Assembly: GCA_035356615.1 (NCBI GenBank)
Contig: DAOQSN010000030.1
Location: 167-64,166, forward strand
Direction of reading: 5' to 3'
DNA from: Phycisphaerae bacterium
GTDB taxonomy: Bacteria > Planctomycetota > Phycisphaerae > UBA1845
Length of the DNA stretch: 64,000 bases
In this document: piece after piece, positions 61,826-64,000 of the stretch
How the letters are laid out: every line of letters starts with the position of its first letter
Numbering within the stretch: the stretch's first letter is position 1
Made by a program: the position numbers and the translations under genes
The notes under the pieces: generated by a model
The model's database searches: none
Seen by the model: the letters and a program-made list of their open reading frames with translations, nothing else
What the model was told of the DNA's origin: nothing

Positions 61826-62257
61826 TCAGTTCGCCGGGAAGAGAACACGGCGGATCCGCTGGAACTGCTCGGCGGCAGTGTCCGGGGAGGGCTCCTCGCC
61901 GGGTCGGTGCATCCGCCTCTGCCACGTTTGGGTGTGCTCGTCGAAGAAATCCGGGCTGATCAGCAGCGCGGCCGGCTGGGGCAGCTCGAGGTCGCTCACC
62001 AGTGTTCGCAGGAGGTCGCGTTGCCCGTCGGTGAGCTGCAAGGCGTGCAGCAGTCCCTCGAAGAGCTGCTGGGAGTCATGCAGCGTCCGCGGGCTGCGCA
62101 CCTTGTCCTGTCGCCGGGCGAGCAGGTAACTGACTACGACAATCGCCCCCACCAACACGAAGCCCAGCAGCAAGTGCAGCCAGGAGCCACCCTGTTGCAG
62201 GCGATCGCGTATGCCGCGTAGGGCGTCCGTTAACTGAGCGAGAGTGACGGCGCTCAT
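61826..62257 (-). CDS. Hypothetical single-pass membrane protein
   Basis: One TM (WLHLLLGFVLVGAIVVVSYLLA); ATGA overlap with the HEAT gene. Confidence 0.7.
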   Translation of the reverse strand: MSAVTLAQLTDALRGIRDRLQQGGSWLHLLLGFVLVGAIVVVSYLLARRQDKVRSPRTLHDSQQLFEGLLHALQLTDGQRDLLRTLVSDLELPQPAALLISPDFFDEHTQTWQRRMHRPGEEPSPDTAAEQFQRIRRVLFPAN

Positions 62258-64000
62258 GCCGGGGCCTCCCGGGAAGGGGACCGCGGACGGCCTGTCGGCG
62301 CCGCCTTCGAGCCCGCGACAACGGGCGTGGGCGCGCCCGGGCCGGCGGTAAGGCCGTGCAGAATGCGCTCGGCGCGGCGGCGGACCTTCACGTCCGGGTC
62401 GCCGTACGCCAGCGTCTCCAGCCGGCCCAGCAGCGTGCGAAGCTGAAGCCGTTCCACTACCCACAGGGCGCTGAGCCGATGAGCGCTAGAAGCGTGCTCG
62501 AGCATGTCCAGCAAGGCACTTCCCGCCTCGCTCACCTGCAAGCGCAACAAAGCCTGGATCGCATTGGCGCGCACGCGGTTGTGCGGCGACGACAGCTTCT
62601 CCTCCAGTTGCGGCACCCGCTCCGTCAGTTCCAGAGCATCCAGCGCGTCAATCGCGTTGGCCTGCACGCGCTCGTCCGGGTCGTGCAGCAGATCCCGGAG
62701 GATGCGCAACGTCGTCGGTCCGGGCAACTCGGTCAGCAGGCCCACCGCGTGGCTGCGCACGGTCGCGTTCGCATCGTGCGCCAGGCGGTAGAGTTGCTCA
62801 GCCAGCTCGGAGACCAGGCCGAGCGTCCGCGCCAGTTGCAGCCCGCGGAGGCGCGTGGCCGAGTCTCCATCGGCCAGTTTCGCCCGCACCCGCACCAGCA
62901 ACGGCCCCCTCTGGGCCTTGAGGGTTTCTCGCAAAGTCGCCTGCTCGGCCGGGCCCAACCGGTCGAAACGCCCCCAGACTTGCTCCCACCACGTCGCCTG
63001 CGCCGGACCGCCGGAAGCGGACGGGCCACGTCTGGCAACCGGCCCTGACGTCGCCATGAGGTCCGTCTCAGCCGGTATCGCGGTCGATCGTGCCGCGGTG
63101 CCTCCGGCGGGGGACTGAAGCACCCGACGCGCCCGGCGTCGCCGCAACTCGCGGGTCGCGGTACGCGCCGCTCCCGGGTCGCGATGGTTGCCGGCCAGGG
63201 CGAGCAATTCGTGCGTGGCCTCGTGCTCATCCTCCACCAACGCCCAGGTGACGGCCCGGGCCAGGGCGGGCTGCTCCGCCTGCAAGCCGCGGCGATACAG
63301 GGCGAACTTGTGCTCCCGGTCGACGCCGCTGGCCGCCAGCAGCCGAACCGCGCGCGGGCCCGTTTCGCCGGCGGCCGTGCAGATGCCGTCCCAGTGCTGC
63401 TGCAAACCGGGCAGGGCACGCACCCACCGGCACCGGCGTCCGATTTCGGCGTCCGCCAGCAGCCACGTCTGCGCCAGCAAGGCCCGCAGCAGGGCGGGGT
63501 CTTGCGCATGAGCGACAGCGTCCGCTGCCGCCGTCCTCACTTGCGGTATCGCCAGGGCCCGCAACGCAAAACCCGCCAGGCGCGCGTCCGGCGTCCGCCG
63601 CAGCAGCGTCTCGAGGGCGTGCACGATCCGCGTGCGCGGCTCGGCCAGCTTGGCCTGTAGGTCGGGCTCGGTCCAGTCAATCAGCCACAACGCCGCCAGC
63701 AAGGCCTTCGGTTGCAGGTGCACTTCCCAACAACTCAGGGCCCCGCGCGCCGCTTCCACCAAGTGCCTGGTCTGCTGTTGCAGGCCCGGCAGGTCAGTAG
63801 CGGCCACGCCGGCCGCCCGTCGATCCACGAGCCGGGCAACCATGTCATGCAGGGCCCCGGCCGCACACTCCCGCGTCCGCGCGCACGGGTGCCGCAGCGC
63901 ATCGGCCAGCAAGTACGCGTTTCGCGCGTCGTCGGACCGGTTGATGATGGCCATCGCGGCCGACCGGCTCTCGAATGCCGCCGCCCCCGCCGCGATTCGG
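62254..64000 (-). CDS. HEAT-repeat protein (5' end runs off the window)
   Basis: Repeated D..VR..A...L motifs (DANATVRSHAVGLL, DPDERVQANAIDAL, HNRVRANAIQAL, DPDVKVRRRA). The frame is open to the window end. Confidence 0.85.
   Translation of the reverse strand, partial: RIAAGAAAFESRSAAMAIINRSDDARNAYLLADALRHPCARTRECAAGALHDMVARLVDRRAAGVAATDLPGLQQQTRHLVEAARGALSCWEVHLQPKALLAALWLIDWTEPDLQAKLAEPRTRIVHALETLLRRTPDARLAGFALRALAIPQVRTAAADAVAHAQDPALLRALLAQTWLLADAEIGRRCRWVRALPGLQQHWDGICTAAGETGPRAVRLLAASGVDREHKFALYRRGLQAEQPALARAVTWALVEDEHEATHELLALAGNHRDPGAARTATRELRRRRARRVLQSPAGGTAARSTAIPAETDLMATSGPVARRGPSASGGPAQATWWEQVWGRFDRLGPAEQATLRETLKAQRGPLLVRVRAKLADGDSATRLRGLQLARTLGLVSELAEQLYRLAHDANATVRSHAVGLLTELPGPTTLRILRDLLHDPDERVQANAIDALDALELTERVPQLEEKLSSPHNRVRANAIQALLRLQVSEAGSALLDMLEHASSAHRLSALWVVERLQLRTLLGRLETLAYGDPDVKVRRRAERILHGLTAGPGAPTPVVAGSKAAPTGRPRSPSREAPA

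Overview
A high-GC bacterial window. The Ca-binding dockerin-like C-terminal tags, GldG/DUF4340 ABC cluster and sigma-factor type suggest Planctomycetota (Phycisphaerae-like); this is inference from gene content. Housekeeping and metabolic genes: thi4, ALDH7-type aldehyde dehydrogenase, acnA, rpsR, trpD, mnmE, aat, a Trm112-like protein and an LpxH-like phosphoesterase. Secreted or envelope proteins: an S8 peptidase, an M14 carboxypeptidase, an ankyrin protein, a ~14-blade repeat protein, a polyprenyl sugar transferase, a VanZ protein and a TMTC-like TPR protein. Also present: two ABC operons plus a lone MacB-type permease, three signalling or regulatory genes, a Type III R-M locus with an embedded DUF4258/DUF2283 pair, an IS1380 remnant, and a small decayed island (PIN stub, antitoxin-like gene, purD 3' fragment). 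The most striking signal is a short palindromic repeat (CCCTCACCC-n-CCCTCTCCC-loop-GGGAGAGGG). It occurs free between genes and also in frame inside three unrelated proteins: MnmE (~50 aa), the Type III Mod (twice) and the TMTC-like TPR protein. At least four other miniature inverted-repeat families are present. The second candidate system is a Maf/DUF115 gene coupled to a cytidylyltransferase-like/radical-SAM-like/SPASM fusion that lacks the CxxxCxxC motif. I found no rRNA, tRNA, CRISPR array or reverse transcriptase. All family assignments are from motif recognition by eye; no database search was run.
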